From contig JAKACN010000001.1 of the NCBI GenBank assembly GCA_021821365.1, forward strand, positions 1,623-65,622: a stretch of DNA of 64,000 nt. The letters are read 5' to 3'. This document shows, in pieces, positions 46,412 to 57,708 of this stretch. The DNA comes from Pseudomonadota bacterium. GTDB taxonomy: Bacteria; Pseudomonadota; Gammaproteobacteria; Burkholderiales; Burkholderiaceae_D. The notes beneath the pieces were generated by a model. It did no database searches. It saw only the letters and a program-made list of their open reading frames with translations, and was not told the DNA's origin. The position numbers were made by a program, and so were the translations under genes. Positions within the stretch are counted from its first letter, which is position 1. The number at the start of each line of letters is the position of its first letter.

Positions 46412-47323
46412 TTACGCCACTTTGCGCGCATCCCCGCACATCGGGAAGCCCAGCTTTTCGCGCGACTCGAAGTACGCCTGCGCGACCGCGCGCGACAGGT
46501 TGCGGATGCGTCCGATGTAGGCTGCGCGCTCGGTCACCGAAATCGCGCCGCGCGCGTCGAGCAGGTTGAAGGTGTGCGCCGCCTTCAGGATCATCTCGTA
46601 AGCCGGCAGGGCCAGCGGCACTTCCAGCAGGCGCTTGGCTTCGGATTCGTAATTGGAAAACAGCGAAAACAGGAATTCGGTGTTCGAATGCTCGAAGTTG
46701 TAGGTCGACTGCTCGACTTCGTTCTGGTGGAACACGTCGCCGTAGGTCAGGCGCTTGGTCACCCCATGCTCTTCCCATTCGGTCCAGATCAGGTCGTATA
46801 CATTCTCGACGCCTTGCAGGTACATCGCGAGGCGCTCGATGCCGTAGGTGATTTCGCCCAGCACCGGCTTGCAGTCGAGGCCGCCGACCTGCTGGAAGTA
46901 GGTGAACTGCGTGACCTCCATGCCGTTGAGCCAGACTTCCCAGCCGAGGCCCCATGCGCCAAGGGTCGGGTTTTCCCAGTCGTCCTCGACGAAGCGCACG
47001 TCGTTCTGCTTCAGGTTCAGGCCCAATGCCTCGAGCGAGCCCAGATACAGGTCAAGGATGTTTTCCGGCGCCGGCTTCAGCACCACCTGGTATTGGTAGT
47101 AGTGCTGCATGCGGTTCGGGTTTTCGCCATAGCGGCCATCTTTCGGGCGGCGCGACGGCTGCACATAGGCGGCCCGCCACGGCTCCGGGCCGATGGCGCG
47201 CAGGAAGGTCGCGGTATGCGAGGTGCCGGCGCCGACTTCCATGTCGTAAGGCTGGAGCAGGGCGCAGCCTTGCGCATCCCAGTACTCCTGCAGCTTCAGA
47301 ATGACTTGTTGAAATGTTAGCAT
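46412..47323 (-). CDS. glyQ: Glycine-tRNA ligase alpha subunit
   Basis: [32 protein letters not shown]. Confidence 0.97.
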   Translation of the reverse strand: MLTFQQVILKLQEYWDAQGCALLQPYDMEVGAGTSHTATFLRAIGPEPWRAAYVQPSRRPKDGRYGENPNRMQHYYQYQVVLKPAPENILDLYLGSLEALGLNLKQNDVRFVEDDWENPTLGAWGLGWEVWLNGMEVTQFTYFQQVGGLDCKPVLGEITYGIERLAMYLQGVENVYDLIWTEWEEHGVTKRLTYGDVFHQNEVEQSTYNFEHSNTEFLFSLFSNYESEAKRLLEVPLALPAYEMILKAAHTFNLLDARGAISVTERAAYIGRIRNLSRAVAQAYFESREKLGFPMCGDARKVA

Positions 47324-47397
47324 CGTATGGTGGCCTTCCTGCGCGTCGGCGCAGGACGAGGATGGTGAATGGTGGAAACTCGCTAAAACCCTAGATT

Positions 47398-48957
47398 TTA
47401 GCGGTTTTCAGAGGCCTTATGCGCATTCTTGCGGTCAGCCCGACCGAGCATGCGTGCGGCGGCAAGCAGCAGGACCGCGCCAGCCAGCGCGAGGATATTG
47501 CCGTAGCGGATGTAGGGGGTGGTACCTTCGTAACCCTGCACGCTGACCGTCAGCACGCCGCGCTGGAACGACGGCAGGCGGGCGACGACTTCGCCCTTCT
47601 GGTTGATGACGGCGGTTGCCCCGGTGTTCGTCGCGCGCAGCATCGGGCGGCCGGTTTCCAGCGCGCGCATCTGCGAAATCTGCAGGTGCTGGGGCAGGGC
47701 GATCGAGTCGCCGAACCATGCAATATTCGACATGTTCAGCAAGATCGTCGCCTGCGGTATGCCGGCGGTTCCGCCGGCGGCCAGTTGCGCCGCGATTTCC
47801 TCGCCAAACAAGTCTTCGTAGCAGATGTTCGGCAGGATCCATTGATCGCGCACGGCAAACGGCTTCTGCAGCAGGTTCCCGCGCGTGAAATCGCCGAGCG
47901 GGATGTTCATCATCTCCACGAACCAGCGCGCACCAAGCGGAATGAATTCTCCGAAGGGGACGAGATGGTGCTTGTCGTAGCGATACGTCGGCGCGTTCGC
48001 CCTGGGCGACAGGCCGACCATGCTGTTCGCATACAGCCCCGGTCCGTCGCTGACCGGAATGCCGAGGGCGATGTGGCTTTTCGACTGTCGCGCGAAGGTC
48101 GACAGCAGGTCGAGATAATCCGGCGGCAACTGGCTCGACAGCAGGGGGATTGCCGTTTCCGGCGTGGCGATCAGGTCGGCCGGCTCGCGCGAAATCATGC
48201 GGTAATAGAGCGAGAGCGTTGTCTCGATCTGGTCGGGCGCGAACTTCATTTCCTGGGGCACATTGCCTTGCAGCAGACGCGCGGAAATCGGGCTTCCGTG
48301 CGGGGAGGTCCAGGCGATCGACTTCAGACCGAATCCCGCGGCCAGCAGCGTTGCTGCCAAGGCCAGCGGAAGGCGCTTTGCGGGCAGCAGCGCGAGACAG
48401 CCGGCGATGATCCCGGCAATCCAGGCCAACCCGTAGACGCCGACGACCGGCGCAAAGCCGGCGAGCGGACCGTTCGTATGCGCATAGCCGGAACTGACCC
48501 ACGGAAAACCGGTAAATATCCAGCCGCGCGTCCATTCCGCCAGCGTCCAGAGCGACGGAAAGACCAGCAGCAGCATCGTCGATTCCGACAAGCCCCAGCG
48601 TTGCTTCAGGCGCACGCCGCTGCCCAGCGCGATTGCTGCGAAGGTGCTCAATCCGAAGGCGAGCAGGGCGACCGCAACGACCGCCATCCAGCCGGGCAGG
48701 CCGCCGTAGCGGTGCATGCTGATGTAGAGCCAATGAAAACCGGCGGCCAGCCAGCCGAAGCTGTAGGCCCACCCGATCCACTGTCCTTGCCGGAACCTCT
48801 GCGCGTGGGAGGCCAGCCGGAATACCAGCGCCAGCGTTACGATCTGCAATGGCCACAGGCCGAACGGCGCGAAAGCCAGCACGTTGACGGCGCCGGCAAC
48901 GAGGGCGATGAACGAAATCAGCAGTGGGGACGAGGCAGGAGAAAAGAGCTTGTTCAC
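47398..48957 (-). CDS. lnt: Apolipoprotein N-acyltransferase
   Basis: [29 protein letters not shown]. Confidence 0.95.
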   Translation of the reverse strand: MNKLFSPASSPLLISFIALVAGAVNVLAFAPFGLWPLQIVTLALVFRLASHAQRFRQGQWIGWAYSFGWLAAGFHWLYISMHRYGGLPGWMAVVAVALLAFGLSTFAAIALGSGVRLKQRWGLSESTMLLLVFPSLWTLAEWTRGWIFTGFPWVSSGYAHTNGPLAGFAPVVGVYGLAWIAGIIAGCLALLPAKRLPLALAATLLAAGFGLKSIAWTSPHGSPISARLLQGNVPQEMKFAPDQIETTLSLYYRMISREPADLIATPETAIPLLSSQLPPDYLDLLSTFARQSKSHIALGIPVSDGPGLYANSMVGLSPRANAPTYRYDKHHLVPFGEFIPLGARWFVEMMNIPLGDFTRGNLLQKPFAVRDQWILPNICYEDLFGEEIAAQLAAGGTAGIPQATILLNMSNIAWFGDSIALPQHLQISQMRALETGRPMLRATNTGATAVINQKGEVVARLPSFQRGVLTVSVQGYEGTTPYIRYGNILALAGAVLLLAAARMLGRADRKNAHKASENR

Positions 48958-49069
48958 GCGATCAGGAGCGAATGGCTTTGTCTTGTTATTGATTGTTCGG
49001 CTACTGGCCAGGCCGGCAAGTCAGCGCGCTGATCTGCCGGCGTGGCGTTGCGAGCGTGTCGCAGGAGGG

Positions 49070-49957
49070 TCAGGACGTTGCCTGCGCATCCTGCTCCGGA
49101 AGTTTTTCCACCAGCAGCACATGCACCTGCCGCGCATCGGCACGCAGCACTTCGAAGCGCAGGCCGTCGATATCGAAGATATCCCCCTTGCGCGGCACGC
49201 GCCCGAGGTGGTTGGCAACCAGCCCGCCTATCGTATCGACGTCTTCATCCGAAAATTGCGTGCCGAGCGTTTCATTGAACTGCTCGATCTCCGTCAGCGC
49301 CTTGACGCGCCAGCGCAGGCCGCGCGCGCCGTCCCTGACCGGCAGGATGTTGTCTTCTTCCTCGTCGAAGTCGTATTCGTCCTCGATGTCGCCGACGATC
49401 TGTTCCAGCACGTCTTCGATCGTGATCAGTCCGGCGACGCCGCCGTATTCGTCGACCACGATGGCCATGTGATTGCGGTTGGCGCGGAAATCGCGCAGCA
49501 GCACGTTCAGTTGCTTCGATTCCGGAATGAACACCGCCGGGCGCAGCATGTCGCGCACCTCGAAGGATTCCTCCGCGTAGTAGCGCAGCAGGTCCTTTGC
49601 CAGCAGGATGCCCACCACCTTGTCGCGGTCGCCGTCGATGGCGGGGAAGCGCGAGTGCGCCGTTTCCAGCACCAGTGGCATCCACTCCTCGATCGGCTTG
49701 GTGATGTCGATGGCATCCATCTGCGAGCGCGGCACCATGATGTCGCGCGCGGACAAATCGGATACCTGGAACACGCCTTCGATCATCGACAGCGCGTCGG
49801 CATCGATCAGATTGCGTTCATGGGCCTCGTGCAGAATCTCGAGGAGTTCGGCGCGATTTTCAGGTTCGGGGGAAATAAGTGCGGTCAGGCGTTCGAACAA
49901 TGACCGGTGCGGTTTGGTGTCAATGAGCTTGTTGGCACCACTAGGGTGATCTTGCAT
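49070..49957 (-). CDS. corC: CBS/CorC-HlyC magnesium-cobalt efflux protein
   Basis: HSRFP, HMAIVVDEYGGVAGLITIEDVLEQIVGDIEDE, DTIGG. Confidence 0.9.
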   Translation of the reverse strand: MQDHPSGANKLIDTKPHRSLFERLTALISPEPENRAELLEILHEAHERNLIDADALSMIEGVFQVSDLSARDIMVPRSQMDAIDITKPIEEWMPLVLETAHSRFPAIDGDRDKVVGILLAKDLLRYYAEESFEVRDMLRPAVFIPESKQLNVLLRDFRANRNHMAIVVDEYGGVAGLITIEDVLEQIVGDIEDEYDFDEEEDNILPVRDGARGLRWRVKALTEIEQFNETLGTQFSDEDVDTIGGLVANHLGRVPRKGDIFDIDGLRFEVLRADARQVHVLLVEKLPEQDAQATS

Positions 49958-50052
49958 ATGGCGGAAAGCCGTCGTTTTAGGTGGGTATAGCATACAACAA
50001 ATGCGCCTCGAAACCCAAAAAGGCCCAGGTGCATCTTGCCGAAAATTCAATG

Positions 50053-50505
50053 TCACTGATAAGGGTTTGGCTCGCCGAGGTTTGCCAGGATTTCAATCTC
50101 GATCTGTTCCATTTCTGCAGCTTCCTCGTCGGTTTCATGATCGTAACCCTGGGCATGCAGCACGCCATGCACCACCAGGTGCGCGGCATGCGCTTCCACG
50201 GATTTTTTCTGTTCCGCCGCCTCGCGCTGCAACACCTCGGTGCACAGGATGATGTCTGCCTGCGTGACTTCGCTGTCCTCGTCTTCCGTGTAGGCGAAAG
50301 TGAGCACATTGGTAGCGTAATCCTTGCCGCGGTACGCGCGGTTGAGCGTCCTGCCTTCGTCGGCGTCGACGAAGCGGATGGTCAATTCCGCCGGTGCAAA
50401 CAGGGCGGCCTGCACCCACTGGCGCAACTTGTTGCGCGGAATGGATTCTTTCAGGCGAGGGTCCGCGTATTGAACGGATAGCGTGAGCTTATTTTTTGGC
50501 GGCAT
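50053..50505 (-). CDS. ybeY: rRNA maturation endoribonuclease YbeY
   Basis: [28 protein letters not shown]. Confidence 0.96.
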   Translation of the reverse strand: MPPKNKLTLSVQYADPRLKESIPRNKLRQWVQAALFAPAELTIRFVDADEGRTLNRAYRGKDYATNVLTFAYTEDEDSEVTQADIILCTEVLQREAAEQKKSVEAHAAHLVVHGVLHAQGYDHETDEEAAEMEQIEIEILANLGEPNPYQ

Positions 50506-51502
50506 TTTTTACGGATGCGCTTTTTGGCGTGGCTGCCTCGTAAGCATCGACGATGCGCGCGACCAGGGGATGGCGCACGACGTCGGCGCTGGTGAAATGG
50601 GTGAAGGCGATGCCGCGCACGTTACGCAGAATGTGGACAGCATCGACCAGCCCGCTCTTTTGCGTGCGCTGCAAATCGATCTGCGTTACGTCGCCGGTGA
50701 CCACGGCCTTGCTGCCGAAGCCGATGCGGGTCAGGAACATCTTCATCTGCTCGGGCGTGGTGTTCTGCGCCTCGTCGAGGATGATGAACGCGTGGTTCAG
50801 CGTGCGTCCGCGCATATAGGCGAGCGGCGCGATTTCGATCACCTGTTTTTCGAACATCTTCTGCGTGCGGTCGAAGCCGAGCAGGTCGTAGAGCGCGTCG
50901 TACAGGGGGCGCAGGTAGGGATCGACCTTCTGGGTCAGGTCGCCGGGCAGGAAACCGAGGCGTTCGCCGGCCTCCACCGCCGGGCGCGTGAGGACGATAC
51001 GCTTGACCGCGTCGCGCTCCAGCGCATCGACCGCGCAGGCCACGGCGAGATAAGTCTTGCCGGTGCCGGCAGGGCCGACGCCGAAGGTGACGTCATGCTC
51101 GAGGATGGACTTGATGTACTGGTTCTGATGCGGCGTGCGGCCGCGCAGGTCGTGCTTGCGTGTCTTGAGTGCAGGCCCGGCTTCTTCGACTTGTACTTCC
51201 TCGGTTTTCGCAGTCTTTCCTTCCTGCGTCACCGCGCGCTGCTCGACCAGGGCCAGCTGAACGTCCTCGACGGAAATCGTCTTGTCGGCAATCTGGTAGA
51301 AATTTTCCAGGAGTTCCACTGCGCGTGGCGCGTTGCCGCCACTGATGACGAATTTTTCGCCGCGACGGAAAATGGTCACGTCGAGCGCAGCGGAAATCTG
51401 GCGCAGGTTTTCGTCCATCGGTCCGCACAGATGTGCAAGCCGCTTGTTATCCAGCGGTTCCGGGGTGAAATGATGCGGCTGGGCAGGAATTTTGGTTTTC
51501 AA
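50489..51502 (-). CDS. phoH: PhoH family ATPase (YbeZ)
   Basis: [37 protein letters not shown]. Confidence 0.93.
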   Translation of the reverse strand: MKTKIPAQPHHFTPEPLDNKRLAHLCGPMDENLRQISAALDVTIFRRGEKFVISGGNAPRAVELLENFYQIADKTISVEDVQLALVEQRAVTQEGKTAKTEEVQVEEAGPALKTRKHDLRGRTPHQNQYIKSILEHDVTFGVGPAGTGKTYLAVACAVDALERDAVKRIVLTRPAVEAGERLGFLPGDLTQKVDPYLRPLYDALYDLLGFDRTQKMFEKQVIEIAPLAYMRGRTLNHAFIILDEAQNTTPEQMKMFLTRIGFGSKAVVTGDVTQIDLQRTQKSGLVDAVHILRNVRGIAFTHFTSADVVRHPLVARIVDAYEAATPKSASVKNAAKK

Positions 51503-51526
51503 AAGTGGTGTCGACCCTGTTCAGAT

Positions 51527-52867
51527 TCACTGTTTGATGACTAGTTCGCCACGCAGCGAGTGCGGATAGGCGTGCACGATGCTGACGTCGATTAACTGGC
51601 CGACCAGGCGCTGCGCGTTCGGCCCGCCGTCAAAGTTGACGACGCGATTGTTCTCGGTGCGGCCTTGCAGCTCCTGCGGATTCTTCTTCGCCGGGCCTTC
51701 CACGAGGATGCGCTGCACGCTGCCGACCATCTGCTGGCTGATCTTCAGCGTGTTGGCTTCAATTCGCTCCTGCAGGCGTTGCAGGCGCTTGAGCTTGACT
51801 TCGTACGGCGTATCGTCCGGCAGGTTGGCTGCCGGCGTGCCTGGGCGCGGGCTAAAGATGAAGCTGAAGCTGTGGTCGTAGCCGATGTCGTTCACCAGCT
51901 TCATCAATGCCTCGAAGTCCGCTTCGGTCTCGCCGGGGAACCCGATGATGAAATCGCTCGTGACGCAAATATCCGGGCGGATCTCGCGCAAACGGCGAAT
52001 CACCGACTTGTACTCGAGCACCGTATAGCCGCGCTTCATCGCCATCAGGATGCGATCGGAACCGTGCTGTACCGGCAGGTACAGGTGGTTCACCAGCTTC
52101 GGCACCTTCGCATACGTGTCGATCAGGCGCTGCGTGAATTCCTTCGGATGGCTGGTGACGAAACGAATGCGCTCGATGCCGGGGATTTCGGCGACGTACT
52201 CGATCAGCAGCGCAAAGTCTGCGATCTCGCCGTCGGCCATCTCGCCGCGATAGGCGTTGACGTTTTGTCCGAGCAGCGTGATTTCCTTTACACCTTGTTC
52301 CGCCAGGCCGACGACTTCGGTCAGCACATCCTCGAAGCGGCGCGATACTTCCTCGCCGCGGGTATATGGCACCACGCAATAGCTGCAGTACTTGCTGCAT
52401 CCTTCCATGATCGAGACGAAGGCCGTCGCGCCTTCTACCTTGGCCGGCGGCAGATGGTCGAACTTTTCGATCTCGGGGAAGCTGATGTCGACCTGCGCGC
52501 GTCCGGTTTCGCGCCGCTGATGAATCAGATCGGGCAGGCGATGCAAGGTCTGCGGCCCGAACACGACGTCCACGTAGGGAGCGCGCTTGACGATCGCTTC
52601 ACCTTCCTGTGAAGCCACGCAGCCGCCGACACCGATCACCAGGTTGGGCTTGGCCTGCTTGAGTTCGCGCAGGCGGCCGAGGTCGGAAAATACCTTCTCC
52701 TGCGCCTTCTCGCGCACGGAACAGGTGTTCAGCAGGATCACGTCCGCATCTTCCGGCGTATCGGTTTTGACGACGCCTTCGGCGGCATTCAGCACGTCTG
52801 CCATCTTTTCCGAGTCGTACTCGTTCATCTGGCAGCCGAAGGTTTTGATAAAGACTTTTTTCGGCAT
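51527..52867 (-). CDS. miaB: tRNA-2-methylthio-N6-dimethylallyladenosine synthase
   Basis: [11 protein letters not shown], radical [15 protein letters not shown] domain. Confidence 0.97.
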   Translation of the reverse strand: MPKKVFIKTFGCQMNEYDSEKMADVLNAAEGVVKTDTPEDADVILLNTCSVREKAQEKVFSDLGRLRELKQAKPNLVIGVGGCVASQEGEAIVKRAPYVDVVFGPQTLHRLPDLIHQRRETGRAQVDISFPEIEKFDHLPPAKVEGATAFVSIMEGCSKYCSYCVVPYTRGEEVSRRFEDVLTEVVGLAEQGVKEITLLGQNVNAYRGEMADGEIADFALLIEYVAEIPGIERIRFVTSHPKEFTQRLIDTYAKVPKLVNHLYLPVQHGSDRILMAMKRGYTVLEYKSVIRRLREIRPDICVTSDFIIGFPGETEADFEALMKLVNDIGYDHSFSFIFSPRPGTPAANLPDDTPYEVKLKRLQRLQERIEANTLKISQQMVGSVQRILVEGPAKKNPQELQGRTENNRVVNFDGGPNAQRLVGQLIDVSIVHAYPHSLRGELVIKQ

Positions 52868-52870
52868 GAG

Positions 52871-53209
52871 CTATCGGGCAGGGCTATTTGTCTGACTGCC
52901 AATCGGCTGGCGCGCCTCGTCGGCGGTCAGGATCCAGACGCGATCAATGTCACCCTGCGCATCTTCGGTGTAATTGACGACCAGGTCGCTGCCGCGCAGC
53001 GAAGCCGGCATCTGGATCAGGTTGTCCTCGTTCCAGATCCGCGCACCGGGTGACAGTTGGCGTGTCCGGCCTTCGATGACGATCTGCGGGTACGGAGCAG
53101 GAGACATCGTGCCGCGCTTCGCGCTTGCCGGGAATGGCCGGTCAAGCGCAAGCGCCGGAATCGCGATGACAGCAGACAAGAAAAAAATGAGGAAGGGTCG
53201 TTGCCACAT
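52871..53209 (-). CDS. Hypothetical exported protein
   Basis: Signal peptide ..PALA|LDR; ORF ends 4 nt before miaB start. Confidence 0.65.
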   Translation of the reverse strand: MWQRPFLIFFLSAVIAIPALALDRPFPASAKRGTMSPAPYPQIVIEGRTRQLSPGARIWNEDNLIQMPASLRGSDLVVNYTEDAQGDIDRVWILTADEARQPIGSQTNSPAR

Positions 53210-53432
53210 CTCGTACCCGTTTGGTCTCGAAAGGGCCGGTCATTATACACCGCGCCCTGGCGCATCTGATGACGGAACCGGAATGCTACGCACGTCCACC
53301 AATGCGGACCCGGCTGCGCTTGCCAGGTTGGGACGACGCGTGACCTTGCAACATGACACAAGTTCAATAATAATCTTAATCGATTGACAATTATCAAAAA
53401 CGAAATTATCGTTGCCGCTAATTTGTTAACCA

Positions 53433-53454
53433 TTTTGCAATTCAAATTGCAAAA
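53433..53454. promoter_or_regulatory. Perfect palindrome in AT-rich region upstream of csgE (candidate operator)
   Basis: TTTTGCAATT-CA-AATTGCAAAA, 37 nt upstream of csgE ATG. Confidence 0.45.
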
Positions 53455-53491
53455 CTCACATCAAAACCGCAAGCATCCGGGGAGCAAATTG

Positions 53492-53941
53492 ATGACGTTG
53501 TCGCGCTTACTTCTGCTGGTTTCACTTTCGGTCGCGGGACCGATTCAGGCAATTGCCGAACCGCGGATACAGCCGCCCCCGGAAAACGCCAGCGTGGACA
53601 AGCGGGCTCTGCAGGAAATGTATGGCGGCGTCGTGACCGATGAGACGGTCACCGTGGCCGGGCAGGATTTTTACCAGTACTTCGTGACGGCCTGGCGTGA
53701 GCGGGACCTGAGCGAGCGCTACGCGATTTCCATTCATGAACGGCCATCGCCCCGGTGGGGTACCCGGGTCTGGATCGAATATGCGCAGCGCCGGGTTTTC
53801 CAGGCACAGCTGCCAACCGGACGCGCGGGAATCCGGGCACTCAGCGAACAGGCAGTGGAAATGGCCTATCAGAAGGTGGCTGATATCGAGGTTGAGCGCC
53901 TGCTGTTCCGCGATGCGGACATGGGCGCTGACGAAATATAA
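53492..53941 (+). CDS. csgE: Curli assembly protein CsgE
   Basis: Signal peptide; DETVTVAGQDFYQYF...ERPSPRWGTRVWIEY CsgE signature; upstream of csgFG. Confidence 0.85.
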   Translation: MTLSRLLLLVSLSVAGPIQAIAEPRIQPPPENASVDKRALQEMYGGVVTDETVTVAGQDFYQYFVTAWRERDLSERYAISIHERPSPRWGTRVWIEYAQRRVFQAQLPTGRAGIRALSEQAVEMAYQKVADIEVERLLFRDADMGADEI

Positions 53942-53960
53942 AAGCAAACGGAGGAGAGGC

Positions 53961-54413
53961 ATGACTTGCAGAAAAGCCGCGTTGCGGCGGGCGACGCTTT
54001 GTGTGCTGTCATTGGCATGTTGGCTTGGCATTTCCGGGGCGCAAGCGGGTGAGCTGATCTATACCCCGGTCAATCCCAGTTTCGGCGGAAGTCCGCTGAA
54101 CGGATCGGTACTCCTCAACGCAGCGCAGGCGCAGAACAAGACCAAGGATCCTGATGCGCCACCTCCTCCCAAGAGTACCCAGCAGACATCCCTGCAGCAG
54201 TTCAACGACATTCTCGAGCGCTCGGTGCTAAGTCGCCTGGCATCCGCCGTGACGTCGAATATCATCGGTCCGAATGGCCAACTGGTGCCGGGCACCATCA
54301 ACACGGGGGACTTCACGGTCCAGATCTCGGATCTCGGCGGTGGCCTGCTGCAGGTCACGACAACGGATCACGCAACCGGCGCGACCACCTCGTTCCAGGT
54401 GGGGCAGCAATGA
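53961..54413 (+). CDS. csgF: Curli assembly protein CsgF
   Basis: Mature N-terminus GELIYTPVNPSFGGSPLNGSVLLNAAQAQN; TINTGDFTVQI; RBS GAGGAG. Confidence 0.93.
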   Translation: MTCRKAALRRATLCVLSLACWLGISGAQAGELIYTPVNPSFGGSPLNGSVLLNAAQAQNKTKDPDAPPPPKSTQQTSLQQFNDILERSVLSRLASAVTSNIIGPNGQLVPGTINTGDFTVQISDLGGGLLQVTTTDHATGATTSFQVGQQ

Positions 54414-55351
54414 ACCTGTTTCCCGTGATGCGAGCGGCAGTCCCGCTGCTCGCGGCGCTGCTCGCCGGCTGCGCCACGCTGCAGGCCCCGTCCAATCCTG
54501 CAGACAACGCCCAGTTGACACCCGCCACCAGGATCACGCGGGATCTGCTGCGGCTTCCCGAACCCAAGGGCAAGGTCGTGGCCGCTGTCTACGCCTTCCG
54601 CGATCAGACTGGCCAATACAAGCCGTCGCCGGACAGTTCCTTCTCCACGGCAGTGACCCAGGGCGCGGCATCCTTGCTGGTGAAAGCGCTGAGAGATTCT
54701 GGCTGGTTCACGCCGGTGGAGCGGGAAAATCTCCAGGATCTTCTCACCGAGCGCAAGATCGTGCGGGCACTCGAAACGCCGCAGGACAAGAACGCACAGA
54801 CGCACGTCATCCTCCCCGCGCTCATGCCTGCCACGGTACTGATCGAGGGCGGCATTGTTGCCTACGAGAGTAACGTGCGTACCGGGGGTGCCGGCGCGCG
54901 GTACCTGGGCGTTGGCGGAAAGACGCAATACCGTGTCGATCAGGTCACCGTCAACCTGCGATCCATTGACATACGAACCGGCCAGATCCTCAACAGCGTC
55001 TCAACGACCAAGACGATCTATTCCTATGAGCTTTCCACCGGCGTGTTCCGTTTCGTGAATTTCAAGGAGCTGCTCGAACTGGAGGCTGGCTATACCCGCA
55101 ACGAACCATCGCAATTGTGCGTGAGGGAGGCCATCGAAGCGGCAGTCGTCCATCTCACCGTGCAGGGCTTGAAGGACAAGGTGTGGGCGCTGAAGGACCA
55201 GAAGGACTGGAATTCCCCCGTTTTGCAGGCCTACCTGAAGGAAAGCAACGATTACTTGAACCAGGTCGAGGGCGATGCGCCGGTATCGAAGAGTGCAATC
55301 GACTCGACAACGACAGCAGGCCTCAATCCGGCAGCAACAAACAGGGAGTGA
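54410..55351 (+). CDS. csgG: Curli secretion channel lipoprotein CsgG
   Basis: Lipobox LLAG|C; AVYAFRDQTGQYKP, FSTAVTQG, WFTPVERE.LQDLLTERKI.R, AYESN..TGG.GARY.G. Confidence 0.96.
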   Translation: MNLFPVMRAAVPLLAALLAGCATLQAPSNPADNAQLTPATRITRDLLRLPEPKGKVVAAVYAFRDQTGQYKPSPDSSFSTAVTQGAASLLVKALRDSGWFTPVERENLQDLLTERKIVRALETPQDKNAQTHVILPALMPATVLIEGGIVAYESNVRTGGAGARYLGVGGKTQYRVDQVTVNLRSIDIRTGQILNSVSTTKTIYSYELSTGVFRFVNFKELLELEAGYTRNEPSQLCVREAIEAAVVHLTVQGLKDKVWALKDQKDWNSPVLQAYLKESNDYLNQVEGDAPVSKSAIDSTTTAGLNPAATNRE

Positions 55352-55355
55352 ATTC

Positions 55356-55859
55356 ATGAAAAAAAACGGTACCCGGGCACGTCGGTCCCAGTGCTGCGCA
55401 ACGATGCTCATCCTGGCTCTTGCGCATGTCGTCGCGCATGCAGGAGACCTTGCGCCCGGATCGGAATTGGGCGGCGCAGAGTTCGGCGGCAGTAGCCGCG
55501 GTTCGGTCGCGCAAATATCGCAAACCGGCGAGCGCAATGAAGCGGCCATCAGCCAGCAGGGCGCATTTCATTCGGGGCAGATCGTCCAGCTCGGCAACGG
55601 CAACGAGGTCAGCACCGTGCAGCGTGGCGACGCAAACCAGTTCGTGCTCAGTCAGTCGGGCAGCGGCAATGAGCTCGCGCTCACCCAGGCCGGGCGGGCG
55701 AACCAGGCTTTCATCGCGCAGGGCGGCGACGGCAACCACGCCATTGTCGAGCAGCGCGGGAACTCGAACACGGTGAACCTTCAGCAAGGTGCGCTCAGCC
55801 CCAATCTCACAGTGCAACAGATTGGCAACGGCATTGCAGCAAGGGTGATTCAGTATTAA
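55356..55859 (+). CDS. csgB: Minor curlin subunit, CsgB-like nucleator
   Basis: Signal peptide, about 5 curlin repeats (N-x-A-x-I-x-Q-x-G), C-terminal ARVIQY. Confidence 0.75.
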   Translation: MKKNGTRARRSQCCATMLILALAHVVAHAGDLAPGSELGGAEFGGSSRGSVAQISQTGERNEAAISQQGAFHSGQIVQLGNGNEVSTVQRGDANQFVLSQSGSGNELALTQAGRANQAFIAQGGDGNHAIVEQRGNSNTVNLQQGALSPNLTVQQIGNGIAARVIQY

Positions 55860-55910
55860 GGGCACTGGATCGCGCAGGTAATTCCGCCCTTTTCTTCAGA
55901 GGAGAATAAA

Positions 55911-57620
55911 TTGAAAACAAAACTGACAGCATTGGCGTTCGCTATCGGTATTGCCTATGCAGCGTCGCCTGCGTTTGGCCAGGCGATCATTTCGTCGACC
56001 GGTTCGGGCAATGACGCTTACATTGACCAAAACGCGTCCACCGGCGCGTATGCATCGATCACGCAAAACGGCAATGGTAACGTTGCAGGCATTCCGGGAG
56101 CGACCCCGAGCGATGCGCCGGTCGCCACCGGCATCCTGCAAAAGAACAGTACAGCAGTCAATGCCGTGCTCGATCAGACCGGCAACACCAACACTGCCAG
56201 CATCACGCAAGACACGGCAACCAACAGCAATGCGTCTTCCAGCCAGTCCGGCACCTCGAACCTCGCAACCACCTCGCAGATCGGGGATACCCAAAGCTCC
56301 CAGGTGATCCAGTCCGGCACAGGCAACTCGGCCAGCGTCACGCAAAGCGGCGCCAACCAGACCGCATCGGTCAGCACGACCAATTCGACCAACGCCAGCG
56401 CCACGATCAACCAGGTCGATGGCCTGACGACGGGGAATGCGGCGACGATCAGCCAGGACTCGGTCTATCACCAGGCTGCGACCGTCAATCAATCCGGCAA
56501 TGCGCAAAACGCGACCATTACGCAAAATATCGGTTCGAAAGAGGGCAGCGCGGTCGTCACGCAATCCGGCGATACCAATACCGCCAATGTTGTGCAGACC
56601 AATACCTGGTTCAGCAATGCCTCCGTGACGCAGATCGATTCGCATAACACGGCCAGCGTTACCCAGGGGCCGCTCGCCGATGCCAGCACTGCAAGCGTAT
56701 TCCAGTCCGGCACCAACCAGAACGCCACGATCAGCCAGTCCGGAGGCACCGTCTTCCCGGGGGGAGGCTCCGTGCAAGGCGATTACCTGGCCACGATCAC
56801 GCAATCCGGCGGCTTCAGCAATACCGCAACGGTCACGCAGTCCAACGGTTACCACGACGCGGCGACCATTACCCAGTTCGGAACGCATGATCAAGTCGCG
56901 AGCGTGACCCAGTCGGGCAATGACAGCAATGCGACCATCACGCAAAACGGCGGATCGCATAACGGCAGCGCCGCCGTGACTCAGGCTGGTCATAGCAATA
57001 CTGCCACCGTTCTGCAAACGAATACCTGGTACAGCAATGCCACCGTCAACCAGAATGGTTCGTTCAATACGGCCAACCTGACACAAGGTGGCCTGGCTGA
57101 TTCCAGCACGGCATCGATCGGTCAAACCGGCAACAACAACGCAGCGACGATCCAGCAAAGCGGTGGCCTGGTGAACGTGGGCGGTGGCTCGATCCAGGGG
57201 CTGTACCAGGCAAGCGTCACGCAATCGGGTGACAACAACATCGGTACGGTGACACAGACGAACGGCTATAACGACGTCGCAACCATCAGCCAGGACGGCA
57301 CGCTGAACAACGCATCCATCGGCCAGGACCACGCTTCCAATTCGTTGGCACAGATCAGCCAGACTGGCAACAACAATGATGCGTCGATCGGCCAGTCGGG
57401 CGGCGATGCACTTTCCGGCAGCGTCACCCAGACTGGCGACTGGAGCTATGCGTCGATTGCCCAGGCCGGCAGCGGCAGCGTGGCCAGCATCCTCCAGAAT
57501 GGCGATGGTGCGAGCCTTGCAGCACGTAACACCGCAGCGATCCTGCAGACCGGCAACGGCTTCGTGGCATCGATCAGCCAATCCGGCAATACGAATCATG
57601 CGGCCATTTGGCAGCACTAA
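55911..57620 (+). CDS. csgA: Major curlin subunit, CsgA-like, 569 aa
   Basis: TTG start with GAGGAG RBS; signal peptide ..SPAFG|Q; about 43 N/S-x-A-x-I/V-x-Q half-repeats counted by eye. Confidence 0.85.
   Translation: MKTKLTALAFAIGIAYAASPAFGQAIISSTGSGNDAYIDQNASTGAYASITQNGNGNVAGIPGATPSDAPVATGILQKNSTAVNAVLDQTGNTNTASITQDTATNSNASSSQSGTSNLATTSQIGDTQSSQVIQSGTGNSASVTQSGANQTASVSTTNSTNASATINQVDGLTTGNAATISQDSVYHQAATVNQSGNAQNATITQNIGSKEGSAVVTQSGDTNTANVVQTNTWFSNASVTQIDSHNTASVTQGPLADASTASVFQSGTNQNATISQSGGTVFPGGGSVQGDYLATITQSGGFSNTATVTQSNGYHDAATITQFGTHDQVASVTQSGNDSNATITQNGGSHNGSAAVTQAGHSNTATVLQTNTWYSNATVNQNGSFNTANLTQGGLADSSTASIGQTGNNNAATIQQSGGLVNVGGGSIQGLYQASVTQSGDNNIGTVTQTNGYNDVATISQDGTLNNASIGQDHASNSLAQISQTGNNNDASIGQSGGDALSGSVTQTGDWSYASIAQAGSGSVASILQNGDGASLAARNTAAILQTGNGFVASISQSGNTNHAAIWQH
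56472..57311 (+). repeat. Tandem 420-nt (140-aa) duplication inside csgA
   Basis: AATACCTGG (TNTW) at 56601 and 57021; QAATVNQ at 56472 vs QVASVTQ at 56892; shared GGGS(V/I)QG inserts. Confidence 0.85.
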
Positions 57621-57655
57621 GTTTTTCTAGTACAGGTAGTACAAGGTAAGAACCT

Positions 57656-57682
57656 GGCGGGCGAATTTTCGCCCGCCTTTTT
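57656..57682 (+). terminator. Intrinsic terminator after csgA
   Basis: GGCGGGCGA-ATTT-TCGCCCGCC followed by TTTTT. Confidence 0.75.
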
Positions 57683-57708
57683 GGCTCCAAGAATTCGAGG
57701 AGAACAGA

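Noticed and set aside
53210-53491. tRNA/attachment site or c-di-GMP riboswitch at the island edge
   Set aside because: No tRNA cloverleaf or T-loop (GTTCGA) and no GEMM motif recognisable by eye
55896-57617. 573-aa minus-strand repetitive ORF
   Set aside because: Antisense of csgA; its repetitiveness simply mirrors the curlin repeats
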